From positions 79,732,001-79,796,000 of the forward strand of contig NC_091480.1 in assembly GCF_036971445.1 (NCBI RefSeq): DNA of 64,000 nt. Direction: 5' to 3'. Source of the DNA: Narcine bancroftii. Its lineage: Eukaryota. The stretch's first letter is position 1; each line of letters starts with the position of its first letter. The notes below the pieces were generated by a model that saw only the letters and a list, made by a program, of their open reading frames with translations, made no database searches and was not told where the DNA came from. A program made the position numbers and the translations under genes. Positions 50,694 to 62,340 of this stretch are shown here, in pieces.

Positions 50694-51502
50694 CTTCACA
50701 GACGTGTACGTGGGTTGGCCAGGGTGCACGCATGATGCTCGAGTTTTAGCCAATTCGGCCACCTACAGTAAGGCCAAAGATCAAGGTGGGTACCTCTTCC
50801 CACAAGAGGTAAGTTAATATAATCCACTGCACTGTAGAGTATATGTGGATCACACAATAAATTGTGTTTCTAGCATCACGTGTAACCATATAGGATGTCA
50901 CGACAATGAAACATTTATATGTTAAATTGAAAGAGTGGTTGACTGATTGACTCTAATTCAAATCAAACTTATGACAAGTTCAAGGGTTTGTTTCTATTCT
51001 GTTATTGTAAAGTGGCCACTAGAAATCATTAGTGAAATGAGGTTACAGAAGTTTTCATAAATCTACATTGCTCTGCCCAGAGAAATCCAGAGCTGTTAAT
51101 GGAGTGGGACATCCCTGTGCATCTGATAGGAGGCCCAGTTTACCCCCTCGGGAAGTGGCTGATAAAAGGGTTTACTCACCACCACGCACTCGATCAACAG
51201 CAGTGAAACGTTAACTTCCATTTGAGCTTGGGAAGGATGGAGGTAATGAATGCTTTCGGACGTCTCAAAGGGCGCTGGAGGTGCTTCGCCAAGCGACTTG
51301 GTGTTTGTATCACTTTTGCATCCGACGTTGTTGTTGCCTGTTGTGTGTTCGACACAATCTATGTGAGCTCAACAAGGGACACTTCTTGTCAGAGTGGAAC
51401 ATTGAGCTACACAATCTCCCTGCACCTGAGCAAGCTGCTGATCAGAGTTCCCAAGCACACAATCGCCAGGTGATCCGTGAAGCTATTATGTCCAAGCTGT
51501 AA
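50694..51502 (+). pseudogene. Harbinger (HARBI1-like DDE) transposase remnant, two exons
   Basis: FTDVYVGWPGCTHDARVL exon 50694-50808; GT-AG intron to about 51080; then HLIGGPVYPL and NAFGRLKGRWRC; frameshifts and stops. Confidence 0.85.
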
Positions 51503-51675
51503 ACTAATTCTGTTCAATGATTACGTTCATTGTGTGAACATAAGTTGATAAAGTCAACAAATAGCATCTTTTAGTAAATGTTTATGTCAAATGTCAGAAG
51601 TTTTTAATGCACTTAAAACATGTAAAGAACAATAACAATTTCGATAAAGAGTTCAAATACAACTGGAATGACTAT

Positions 51676-52774
51676 TTAAAACTGTGCAAAGTAAAAGGAC
51701 AACCTATCACAATGTTCACAGGTGTTAAGGCACAAATCACTCCAGCAGCTGGAGGGAGGAGGAGGAGGAAAGTGGACTAGATGGCTGAATACCGAATCCA
51801 TCTGGATGAAGCTGATATTGTCATGTGGTGGACAATAGTAATGGTGCTTCTGGGATGGAGGAGTGCTGTACTGCGATGCGGGAATTTGGTACTGAGGAGA
51901 GGAAGAAGGGCATTGCTGTACAGGGGAGCCAGTAGTGAAATCATGTCTTGCAGAAGTGAGGCATGACTCCTCATCTCCTGCCAAATCCTTTGAGCATGGT
52001 GTCAAGACCACTAATCTGGTGTGCTCCCCGTGCCACATTCTCCACCTCCAGACCCTCTCTCCGCATCTGCTCCTCATGTTCCCTCTGCCCTTCCAGATGT
52101 CGCTGTTCCCTACCAGCCTCCTCATTGTCCACTGAAAGCAGCAGATCCTTTATCTCCTTAGAGATGAGCTGCACCTTAGTTGGTTTCTGCTTTTGTTGTT
52201 GCCTTGGCTGTGGCTAGTTTCCTAGAGAACAACAACACAAGTGACATTAGTGAGATGTGCCCTTGTGGGAATACACACTCAAAAAAGTCACAGGAGCACA
52301 GTGGTAATCACAAACCAAAATATATTTTTACCTGGCTGATCATGAGGCTCAGCTTGATCAAACCTAGTGATGGCGTCCATCTCCAGCCCATTAACGCATC
52401 ATCCTGCATCAACACTGCTGCTGGCGGCAGGAGATTCAGCAGGAATGGGTTGGGGGGAAAGCTGGATCATCCAGTATGTTCTGAACCGAGACTGGATTGG
52501 CAGAGTGGCTGGTCCCTCATATTGAATTGCACAGGTCAAAAAAGGGCCATTCCAGATGCCCTCTGCCACTCCTGCCATTGAGATCCACCACCTGATGAAA
52601 CTTCTTGTTATAACCTTGGCTTTGTTCCATTCAAAGCTACAGTCTCTGAGTTGAGAGGCCAGTCTAAAAAATCAGGCCATCCTTCACTGTGCCTGTTACC
52701 AGGCTATTTACTTTATCTGGAGCCCTGAGTGTGAGGAGCTCACAGACCTCGTTATCACTCCAGTTGGAAGACAT
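51676..52774 (-). pseudogene. Harbinger Myb/SANT-like DNA-binding gene remnant
   Basis: ATG at 52774 on minus gives MSSNWSDNEVCELL...; WPFFD motif; coiled-coil-like segment EEAGREQRHLE; internal stops. Confidence 0.7.
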
Positions 52775-53494
52775 GGTAAGAGTTGAATTAATCCTGATTC
52801 TATCCTGTGTTTCCTCACCGTTGTTGAGTTTGTTGTTGCTGTTAATGTCGCTAAACTTTTAATTTCCCACACTTACATCATGCATAAAAGACGTCATCAC
52901 GATGTCATCAACCCTTCCCGACTCGACTTGTCAACACAGGTCGACCATTTTAGACTGGTCTCGCATCAATACACTCCATTTCTGATACTACCTACCCAAT
53001 CAGCCTTCGATTCATTCACACAGCGCTCGAAAGAAAGATAATACCCGGCTTTCAAGCGCTGTGTAAAATGGGTATTAGTGACATCTGGCTCCCATAGTTA
53101 AATGAGATTGTGAATACCTGGGGTCCAGGAACCATCACTGCATTAGCCCACTTGTCACAACTTGCCTATTTGAGAAAAAGTGGCATATTCCCATTCTTCA
53201 CTCTCTCTGTTAACCAATCCTTAATCTATGCTTGTATAGTACTCCCAATTCTTTATTGAACGAATTGTTATGGGGGACCTCATGGAAAGGCTTCTGCCCT
53301 GAATAGATTAAAACAAGTGGAGAGGGGTTGAGACCACATTGGAATTGGAAAATAGTGATGGTCATTTTAAAGTCAAAGCATTGCTATATTCAGAGACAAT
53401 CTCATTCATTGACCAGAAAGGGGTAGGACTTGGCATGGTTCGGGATACCAACAACAGAGTTTTAGATGAGCTGAGTATATAGAAGGTGCAGGTT

Positions 53495-54232
53495 CTGAAC
53501 AGTCTTCCAAGGCTGAGTACAGGGTTAATGGATGGTTACTTAAGAGTGTGGATGAACAGAGGGACCTTGGGGTTCAAATCCATACATCCCTCAGGGTCAC
53601 CGCACAGGTTGATAGGATAGTTAAGAAGGCCTAAGCTGGGATTCATTAATAAGAGGATTGAATTTAGGAGTAGAGAGATCATGTTGCAGCTGTACAAATC
53701 TTTGGTAAGACCATACTTGCTTGTGTTCAGTTCTGGTCACCTCATTATTAGGAAAGATGTGGAAGTTGTGGAGAGGGTGCAGAGGAGATTTAGCAGGATT
53801 TTGCCTGGAATGGGAAACAAGCCTAATGAGGCAAGGTTAGCAGAACTGGGACTTTTCACTTTGGAGCGAAGAAGGATGAGAGAAGATTATGAGAGACATA
53901 GATAGGGTAGACAGCCAGCACCTGTTTTCCAGGGCAGGATCAGCAAACACCAGAAGACCTACGTACCAAATTAAGGGAGGGAAGTTTAGGAGAGACATCA
54001 AGGGTAGGTTTTTCACACAGAGAGTTGTGGGTGCCTGGAATGCCTTGCTGGGGATGGCGGTGGAGGCCAAAACATTGGGGGCATTTAAGAGATTCTTTTA
54101 GATAGACGCATGGATGAAAGAAAAATAGAGGGTTATGGGATAGGGAGGGATGGGTACTTTTTTTAGGTAGGAATATATGGGTTGGCACAACATTGAAGGT
54201 TGAAGGACCTGTGGTATGTTTTATGTTCCATG
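53495..54232 (+). mobile_element. CR1 LINE 3' fragment
   Basis: LQLYKSLVRP, ERVQRRF, FFTQRVVGAWNAL; CR1-type tail. Confidence 0.88.
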
Positions 54233-54334
54233 TTGCCATCAAACCTTCCCCACCCTCCCTCCTCCCATCACATATCACCACCTGAAACATGTTAGCTGAG
54301 CATTTAACTTGGTGTGTTTCTGGAGCCCTGTTAA

Positions 54335-54446
54335 TGGGCAAATTGGCTGTCGTGTTTGCATTTGCAGCAAGAATGACTCCATTTCAAAACGTATTAATTG
54401 CTTGTGAAGCACTTTAAGAATGATTAAGTGCTATGCAAATGCAAGA
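54335..54446 (+). mobile_element. Deu-SINE/L2-type 3' tail; a probable opposite-strand copy lies at about 54850-54990
   Basis: AAATTGGCTGTCGTGTTT...GTGAAGCACTTT...GCTATGCAAATGCAAG. Confidence 0.5.
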
Positions 54447-55009
54447 TATTTCTCAAGCCAGTAAATCCCAACACATGAGTTGATGTCTGGCATGCATGCA
54501 CCATAGGCAATTATCTATTTCTCTCCCTTACATAATCAATTGTATGAAATTCAGATTCTAATGAATGGAATTTACACTAATCAACCAGCACTGTTTATGG
54601 TTAACATTTTCTTTGAACTGCTGCATGCACTGGACAGGGATCAGATTGCAAGCCTGACAACATGTGCTAGCATTTTCCTTTAGGGAGATAAATGGCAAAC
54701 ATTAGAATCAGGCTATTGCATCTCAACTCTAATCTCCATGCTGTACAGTCTGAAAACTAGCATCTGGATGTCAGTGTCTTTTTTCCATTGGAACTTTTTT
54801 TTAAGCTGGCTTTGTTCACTGTGCTCCTAGACATGACTTCCATTTCCACAGCACAAATGACAGCACACTAAAGCACTTTTTAAGAAATTAGGTACTCTGC
54901 CAATGCAGAGAATGTGGGAAACATGGAAGGCAATTTGGGTACAACAAAATTTCTCAAAGTGGGATAATCATCAGGTAATCTGCTGACCAAGGGAGTCAAT
55001 AAAAGCAAA

Positions 55010-56200
55010 ACACATGAGCAAGAGCAGCATGGTTCTCCAGCCTACACCATCACTCAGCACATAATGGCTGATTTTGGCTTTTGCCTCAATTTTATTTTTC
55101 TACTCAACCTTTCTTTTCTACAGATTTCTATCGCTCAGTCCTGTTTATTAGTTGATGCCATATTTATAGGTCTTTGGTGTAAAAATATCCAAAACTTTGC
55201 AACCCTCTCTGAGGAGTAATGTTTCCTCAAGCTCATCTTTAGCCTAAGACTTTACCCAATTTTAACCTCTCACCATTATGGAACCACCTGTCAATTTCAT
55301 GCAAACCTTTTATGATTCAATGAAGTCACCTCTCATTCCTCTGAACTTCATATTTTTCTCAAAAATAAACTTTACTCCCAATAAATGATTCTTCCCTGAG
55401 ATTCTTGTATGACAGCTCCAAGGTCTTTTTGAACATCAATATTTGCAAATTTCACAGTATGAGGATGGTATTCCGTTTCCTGGCCTTTCTATCACTGTTG
55501 ACAATGTTACATTTGTTCCCATTATACACCCCTTGCCATTTCTTAACTCATCATTTTAGCCTATCTGTGTCCCTGTCCAAGTACTTTGTGTTCTCCTCAC
55601 AATGCACATTCCCATCTTGCTTTATATATTGTCAGCAAACATAGATATATTACACTCTAACTTCATCTAAGCCACTAATATTGACTATAAATTGAAACTT
55701 CAGGTTTGATCCCTGAGGCATCGCACTAGTAACAGCTTACCAACTTGAAAATGACTTATTTACCCCATAGTCTCTTTTTTCCTCTGTAACTTCATCTCCT
55801 ATCCGTAGTAACATGTTATCCTCAACCCCATGAGCACTTAGTGTGTGCAATAGCCTTTCACTCAGCAGTTTATTGAATGCTTTCTGAAAATACATGTACA
55901 CTCATTTGTTGGCTTTTCTTTGTGCATTCTGCTACTTATATCCTGAAAGAACGGCAATAAATTTGATAAACATGATTTCTCTTTCATAAAACCACGTTGA
56001 CACTGTCTAATTATGTTGTGTGTTTTGAAGTGATCTGATCTGATAGATTCTGCAAATGTTGTGAGGATGACTGATTTGTCATTCTCTGTATTCATTCCCA
56101 TTTCAGTTAAATTGTTTACCTTTTCTAATCTTCAGAAATCTCTGAATATGTGGAATTTTGGAAGATGACAAACAATGCATCCTCAATTTCAACAATTCCC
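55010..56200 (-). mobile_element. Old CR1 LINE fragments
   Basis: Minus strand QCQRGFMKEKSCLSNLLPFF (CR1 RT QHGF...SCLTNL motif). Confidence 0.7.
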
Positions 56201-56242
56201 CTGTTTGGAATGATGGGGATGCAGCCATAAGGAGTGAAATAT

Positions 56243-56590
56243 GAAAGTCTACAGATGCTGTGATCGTAGTAGAAACACAGAAATGGTCGAGGAACTCAGC
56301 CAGTATCCATAGGAGGTAAAGATATATAAATGACATTTCAGGCCTGAGCCTTTCTTCGTGTTGTGAGTATGAATAGAAGGGAGGAATGGGCAAGGGGAGC
56401 AGTACAGACCAATAGGCAAACGATGTTAATTGGACATGGATGGGACACAGGAGAGAGGAAAGGTAAGAATTGACTTGGGGGGGTTGTTTTTGGTTTTGTG
56501 GAAACAGAGCTGGGGGAAAGGAGACAGAGGGAAAAGCAAAGAGAGAGGGAGAGACAGAGTTGTATAAAGGAAGGGGATATCAGCATACAG
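56243..56590 (-). mobile_element. Penelope-like terminal fragment
   Basis: Shares GGAACTCAGCC and ATAGGAGGTAAAGATATAT and GGCCTGAGCC with 41430-41700. Confidence 0.75.
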
Positions 56591-57004
56591 GATAGACATT
56601 GAAAAAATGGTTGAATGGTGTGGTAAAATGGGTTTAACTGAGCAATTTTCTTGGTTGAAGACCCAGGTACAAGACTATTTGAAGGGGCCGAGCCGGGCAA
56701 GCCTGGTCAAAATCCACCCCGGTCCCAGACCTACCTCGGAGGTGGTCAGGGAACCCAGGTGTCCTCACCCAGTTACTCTGGAACTTTAAAGAGAAAGGGA
56801 ACAGAAAGAACACAGGGAACTCGTCACCAACACGTGTCACTTACCACATCATCGCAGAGACGGGATCCCTGTTAAATTGCTGGGTTGGCGATTTAACAGG
56901 TAGGTTAGGTTGTTATTTGAAAGGTGCAGGAAGCACTCATGACCCAGTAATCTCATCCGGGTCCCAGGAGGGCCACCTGAGAGCTACAATTTGAAAGCAC
57001 CTAT

Positions 57005-57642
57005 TGTCACCAAAACTAAGGAGCTGATTGTTGACTTCAGGAAAGGAAAGCCAGAGGTGTACAATCCAATGATCACTGTGGGTTCAGAGGTGAAGAAGGT
57101 GAGCACATTTAGGTTCTTTGGTTCTCAGACGATATTTTCTGGACATAACACACCAAAGGCATTGTGAAGTAAGCACATCAGTGCCTCTACTTTTAAAGAG
57201 TTTGTGGAGGTTTGGTGTAACACCAGAAACCCTGGCAAATTTCTACTGATGTGTGGTGGAAAGTGTGCTAACCAGCTGCATCACGGTCTAGTATGGGGCA
57301 CCAATACCCCTGAGTGTGAAGCCCTCCAAAAGGTAGTGTTCACCACCCAGGACATCACAGGAAATATCCACCCCACTATTAAGTACATCTACAGGGAATG
57401 CGGCTGTCGAAGGGCAGCAGAAATCATCAAAGACCCACACCACCCAGCACATGCTCTGTTCTCACTGCTGCCATCAGGAAAGAGGTAGAGGTGCCACAAG
57501 ACTCATACCACCAGGTTTACGCTGTGTACAATTAATTTTTTTCACTACCAATTAGTGGTAATTCTGCTGCGCCCATAGGAAAAAGGAATCTCAGGGTTGT
57601 ATGTGATGTCATGTATATACTCCGTCAATAAATCTGAAATCT
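57005..57642 (+). mobile_element. Rex1/Babar LINE 3' fragment
   Basis: KTKELIVDFRK; IIKDPHHPAHALFSLLPSGKR; AATAAATCTGAAATCTGA tail. Confidence 0.85.
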
Positions 57643-57769
57643 GAGAGAAAAAGAGACATCAGGAAATATGGCAGGAGGGGGCAATCTCATTAAATTGCTG
57701 GCCTGATTTCTCAAATTTTTGGTCTGCTTTCAGTGTCTGCTACAATGAAGATAAATAAAAAGTATTTGT

Positions 57770-59490
57770 TTGCAAAATGAACTACAGGAGGAACTCAACA
57801 AACCAGGGCATCGATTGGAGGGAAATGGACAATTGATAGCCAATGACAGTTGAGATCCTTCATTTGATCTGAAACTGTAGAGGGGAGAAGGTCAGTATAC
57901 ATATTTTGGCAGATGCTAATGGGTGGGAGAGGGAAGAGGAAGAGTAGAGACAGAGTTTGATAGGTGATTAATAGAACCAGGTCAGGGACGATGGGAAGAT
58001 TGGAACCAGGTTGGGGATGGGATAGGAAAGGCGAATCAAGGGAGAAAAATATTTATGAAGTTGATGGGCTGTGGGTAATGGGTTGGGCAGGGGGGAAGAA
58101 ATGGAAAGGTGAACAAAGGGAGACAGAAATTAGGTGGGTTAGTGAGAATGGGAAAGGAACACAGGGATCTTGGTTATCTGAAAAGTTAAAAATTCAAGGT
58201 ACATAGTATTGGGTTGAGGTTACTTAGGTGTAATATCAGGTATTATTCTTCTAGTTTGCATTTAACCTTACTGTGGCAGAGGAAAAAGCTGAGAGCAGAG
58301 AAGACAGGAGGATCAAGATATCCATTGCAGACAGAGAGCAGGTTCTCTGTGTTATCCAGATGATTATCCAACAGGTCAGACAGGAAACTGCTCCAAACAA
58401 AGCATAATCCATGTGCTTGCTCCTGGAGGGTCATCTGACCAGGCAAGTCAGAAGTTATCTCATCTGCCAATCAAGGCTTAGCCTGTCCACAGGGGAGCAC
58501 ACATACCTTTCTATTGACTTCTTTAATAGCGCACACCTTCTCATTGGTTCCCCTAATCATCTTGCCTATTTTGGGCACACCTGAGCAGGCCCCTCCAGCT
58601 GGCTACTGCATAAAGTCCAACACATGAAGCAGCTACTCTTTCTCTTTTCCTTGAGGATCCAACCCTTGCTCCACTCCAGATGGTGAGTCAAGGGCGATGC
58701 TGAAGAGACTATTACTATTGTTAGGTGTGCACCTGTTAAAGGGTGGAGAGCTATAGTTGCTGCATGCCTGTGAGACTTGTAGACCTGTAGATAAGAGATC
58801 TTATCTACTGCAATGCCATGTTTGCTGGTTATCTCGGTATGGTAGGTAATGTTTTATACTGTCTTTTTATACAGATTATAGCATATATCAGTTCTTAGTT
58901 GAGTTTGCTATGTGAATTGTGTCTGAGTGTGTCTGTGTATATGAGTATGACTCCTGTTGCAACTCCCTTCCCCCCCCCCATACATTAATAAAGATTCTTT
59001 CTTTGTACTTAATCTGTGTTCAGACTTGTTACTTCTCAGACCTGCCAAACTTGTTCCTCCCAAGACTAAACTTGGTTTTGCTGATTTATAAGCAATGAAT
59101 GAAATGGACAAATTTGGAGGAAATGCAGGTGAATCTCTCCCTCATCTGGAAGGGCTGGTTAAGTTTCTGAATGGTGGTGAGAGGAGGTGAAGGTACAAAT
59201 GTTGCACCTCCTTCAGTTATAGAGGAGGGTGGGAAGGGAAGAACAGATCAGGGAGTCACAGAGAGAGTGGCTCTTGTAGAAAGCAGAAAGGTGTGATTGG
59301 TGGTGGTATCCTGTTGGAGCTTGTCAAAATGTGAATGATTATATGCTGGATGGGGAGGCTGGTTGGGTGAAAGCAGAGGACCTTTACATTGTTGTCTGAG
59401 TAAAGATGTTGGAAACGGCAGGCACGTATGTGAGGACTCCATCAACTGTGACAGAGAAAGCCATATTTTCTGAAGAAAGAGGGCATTTCA
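57770..59490 (-). mobile_element. Old Penelope-like fragment interrupted at about 58300-59100
   Basis: Colinear similarity to 41430-43010 on both sides of the insert. Confidence 0.6.
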
Positions 59491-59559
59491 GGTTTCAATA
59501 TTTGTATTTCTTACGATTTTACATTCAGATTCTATTCTCTATCTGCACTTTTGCTACTT

Positions 59560-60050
59560 TCTCTTTATTTGAATACCATTATATATAGGCAGATCACTGT
59601 TCATTATTTTTTTCAATTAAACTGCCTCTTTGCTTTATTGCTTTGAAATATTTGCTTTGCCATGCTTATCCACCCTCCTATTTTTTCATCTAATTTAGAC
59701 AACCTGCTCCTTGTAACATTGTAAGTGCATTTATTTAAGTTTAACACTCCAATTTCAGACATCCTGCCACTCCCAAAATGAATGTAAAGTTGCATCATAT
59801 TGCGATAACTCTTAAGAGGATGTTCCAATATAAAATTTGAAATTAATGATCCTTTATCATTACATATGAGCAAATCTTGAATAGCCTTTCCGTTACACGG
59901 TTTTCTATGAAACTGCCTAACATTTCCTAAACTTGTCATTAGGATTACCTTTGCCAATTTGATCTTCCCAGATAATGTTCCCATGATTACTCCCTTAGCT
60001 TGGATGTATTACTTCTCAACTGACACTGTCAAACAGCAGAGCAAAGGTTA
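59560..60050 (-). mobile_element. Old CR1 fragment (endonuclease region)
   Basis: Minus strand AIQDLLICN...LNLNKCTY resembles CR1 endonuclease-region sequence. Confidence 0.5.
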
Positions 60051-60099
60051 AGAGACCTGAAAACTACCCTTAACCTGTATTTTCTGACTCTTGGTACCT

Positions 60100-60400
60100 C
60101 AGAATCAGAATCAAGTTAATTGTCATGAGCATATGTCATGTAATTTGTTGTTTTGTGGTAGCTGTATGGTACAGGACAAGGTGCAAAAATTAATTTAAAA
60201 ATAAATTATGTAACTACAATATTTTTAAAAAATTAGTGCAAAAAAGAAAAAAAGTGTGGTAGTGTCTATAGGTTCATTGTCTGGTCAGGAATCTGATGGC
60301 AGAGGGAAGAAGCTGTTTCTGTAACACTGAGTGTGTCTTTTGGGTCCTGTATCTCCTCCCTGATGGTAGCAATGATGAGAAGGGCATGACATGGGTGGTG
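60100..60400 (-). mobile_element. Rex1/Babar LINE 3' end
   Basis: (AGAATC)n tail; near-copy of 45158-45460. Confidence 0.75.
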
Positions 60401-61019
60401 ATTTCTAATTTTCTAAGGCAAGATCAATTCTTTTTGGTGTTTTAAAATATCATCTTTATTATCAAAGCTAACTCTTTTACATTCTGCCTCTTCCCAAATC
60501 AAATTGGATTGAATTACATTGCATTGTTTATCATTATTACATGTACCAAAGTGCAATATTTTGTGTATGATCCAGGCAATCAAGTCATACTTAAATACAG
60601 ATCAGATTTCAGATACAACAGTTAATGCAAAATAAAACCAAAGTAGGGTTACTAAATTCTGAAGTGCAGAATATAGTTTTATTAAACGTTAGGTATGCTA
60701 AACATTCAGTTCACCATTTTGGTTATATTACAACCATATTTCTGCAGTGGTTTTTAGATAAATCCCAGTTATCTTCATTTGTGTCATCAATAGGTTTCTT
60801 GACAGGAGTGATTCATCCATTCAAATAAAGAGTCATTATTTTTTTACTTGTTTCCATTTCTCCCTACTTTGACCCTATTTTCTGGTACACTATTACTGTG
60901 ACATGCTCTTGTCCCCCATTTGCAATGGTGTCATGTTATCTTTTGTGTTCACCTAGAATAGTGTGCAGGGACCTATTTTAAGCTGATGGCTCTCAAAGTG
61001 AAGTATGATCACTGTCCTG

Positions 61020-61112
61020 GATTGGAGTGTTAGATTTTAAGCTTCAGTCTCCGGGGTGTGTCTTGAACCCAGAGCCTTCTGGTTCAGATACAATTGTGCT
61101 ACCCATTGGGCT
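61020..61112 (-). mobile_element. tRNA-derived SINE head
   Basis: CTTGAACCCAGAGCCTTCTGGTTCAGA...TGCTACCCATTG contains A/B boxes on minus. Confidence 0.5.
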
Positions 61113-61649
61113 TTAGACAGCTCTAGATTATGACCAAACAATCAGGTGTTGATGGAACTCAGCAGATCAGGCAGCATCCAGGGGTAGAAATAGCCAATCA
61201 ACATTTTGCATCAGGACCCTTCATCGAGAATAAAGTTAAAAGGGGTGAATTTTGCATTTGAAGGGAAAAAGAAACTGGGAGCAAGCCAGGTGGTAAATTA
61301 TTGGAAGGGTGAGAGCACCAGACTAGCCATTCTCAACTGGGACCTGACACTCCCCTGGGGGCCACAGCACATTTAAGTAAAAGTCTTGTTTTCTTTTCAC
61401 CTCGTGTTACATAATTTCTTTTGCTTTTTGTGTAGTTGGTAGGAGAGAAGAATGGAAGAAACCAAAACTTGATTGCTTCACAGGAAAGGGGGCCCAGAAA
61501 CATCAGAGTCCTGGTGGCCATAGCCAAAAAAAAACTTGGAGAATGGCTGCTGCACTAGATTATGGTTCTGCAGGTACTCCAGAACCTGCTTTGGGGCAAT
61601 ACTCCTGCAATATAAGATAAATGTCACAGCCAAGTTCTTTTCAAATTAA

Positions 61650-61788
61650 AAATTTTTTTTAGACATACAGCATGATAATTGGCCATTTTGGCCCATGAGT
61701 CTGTGCTGCCCAATTTATACCCCATTAACTTACCCCCAGTACATTTTAGAACAATGGGAAGAAACCAGAGCCCTTGGGGATAATCCCC
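61650..61788 (-). mobile_element. V-SINE 3' half, truncated at the tandem array
   Basis: Reverse-complement similarity to 62210-62340. Confidence 0.7.
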
Positions 61789-61992
61789 TGAGATGCACCT
61801 TGAGATGCACCTTGAGATGCACCTTGAGATGCACCTTGAGATGCACCTTGAGATGCACCTTGAGATGCACCTTGAGATGCACCTTGAGATGCACCTTGAG
61901 ATGCACCTTGAGATGCACCTTGAGATGCACCTTGAGATGCACCTTGAGATGCACCTTGAGATGCACCTTGAGATGCACCTTGAGATGCACCT
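61789..61992. repeat. Perfect tandem array (TGAGATGCACCT)17
   Basis: 17 identical 12-bp units with no spacers. Confidence 0.98.
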
Positions 61993-62106
61993 ACAACTGT
62001 AGTATAAATCTGCTAATAGAAAAAGAGATATAAAAGAATAGACATATAAATAAATTTAAGCTTTTTTCTTTTCCTTAACTCTCTCGCATTTATTTGAGAG
62101 TGAAGT

Positions 62107-62340
62107 GGGGCAGCTCGGTTGGCATAGCAGTTAGCGCAATGCTTTTACAGGGGTTCGAATCCTGTGCTGTCTGCAAGGAGTTTATATGTTCTCCCCGTCT
62201 CTACATGGGTTTCCTCCGGGGGCTCCGGTTTTCTCCCACCCTTCAAAATGTACCGAGGGTGTAGATCAATTGGGGTGTAATTGGGTGGCACGGACTCGTG
62301 GGCCGAAAGGGCCTGTTGCCGTGCTGTATGTCTAAATTTA
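62107..62340 (+). mobile_element. tRNA-derived V-SINE (HE1-like)
   Basis: A-box TGGCATAGCAGTTAG, B-box GGGTTCGAATCC, core GGGTTTCCTCCGGGGGCTCCGGTTT, tail GGGCCGAAAGGGCCTG. Confidence 0.85.

Larger units (their letters stand above)
49346..53074. mobile_element. Decayed PIF/Harbinger DNA transposon (transposase on +, Myb/SANT-like gene on -)
   Basis: Convergent two-gene layout; imperfect TIRs sharing AAAGCCG-G-TATT; TTA at 49343-49345 and 53075-53077. Confidence 0.75.

Noticed and set aside
61695-62033. ORFs with LRCT, HLKV or MHLE repeats; CRISPR-like appearance
   Set aside because: Translations of a 12-bp tandem array. There are no spacers or cas genes, and the DNA is vertebrate.
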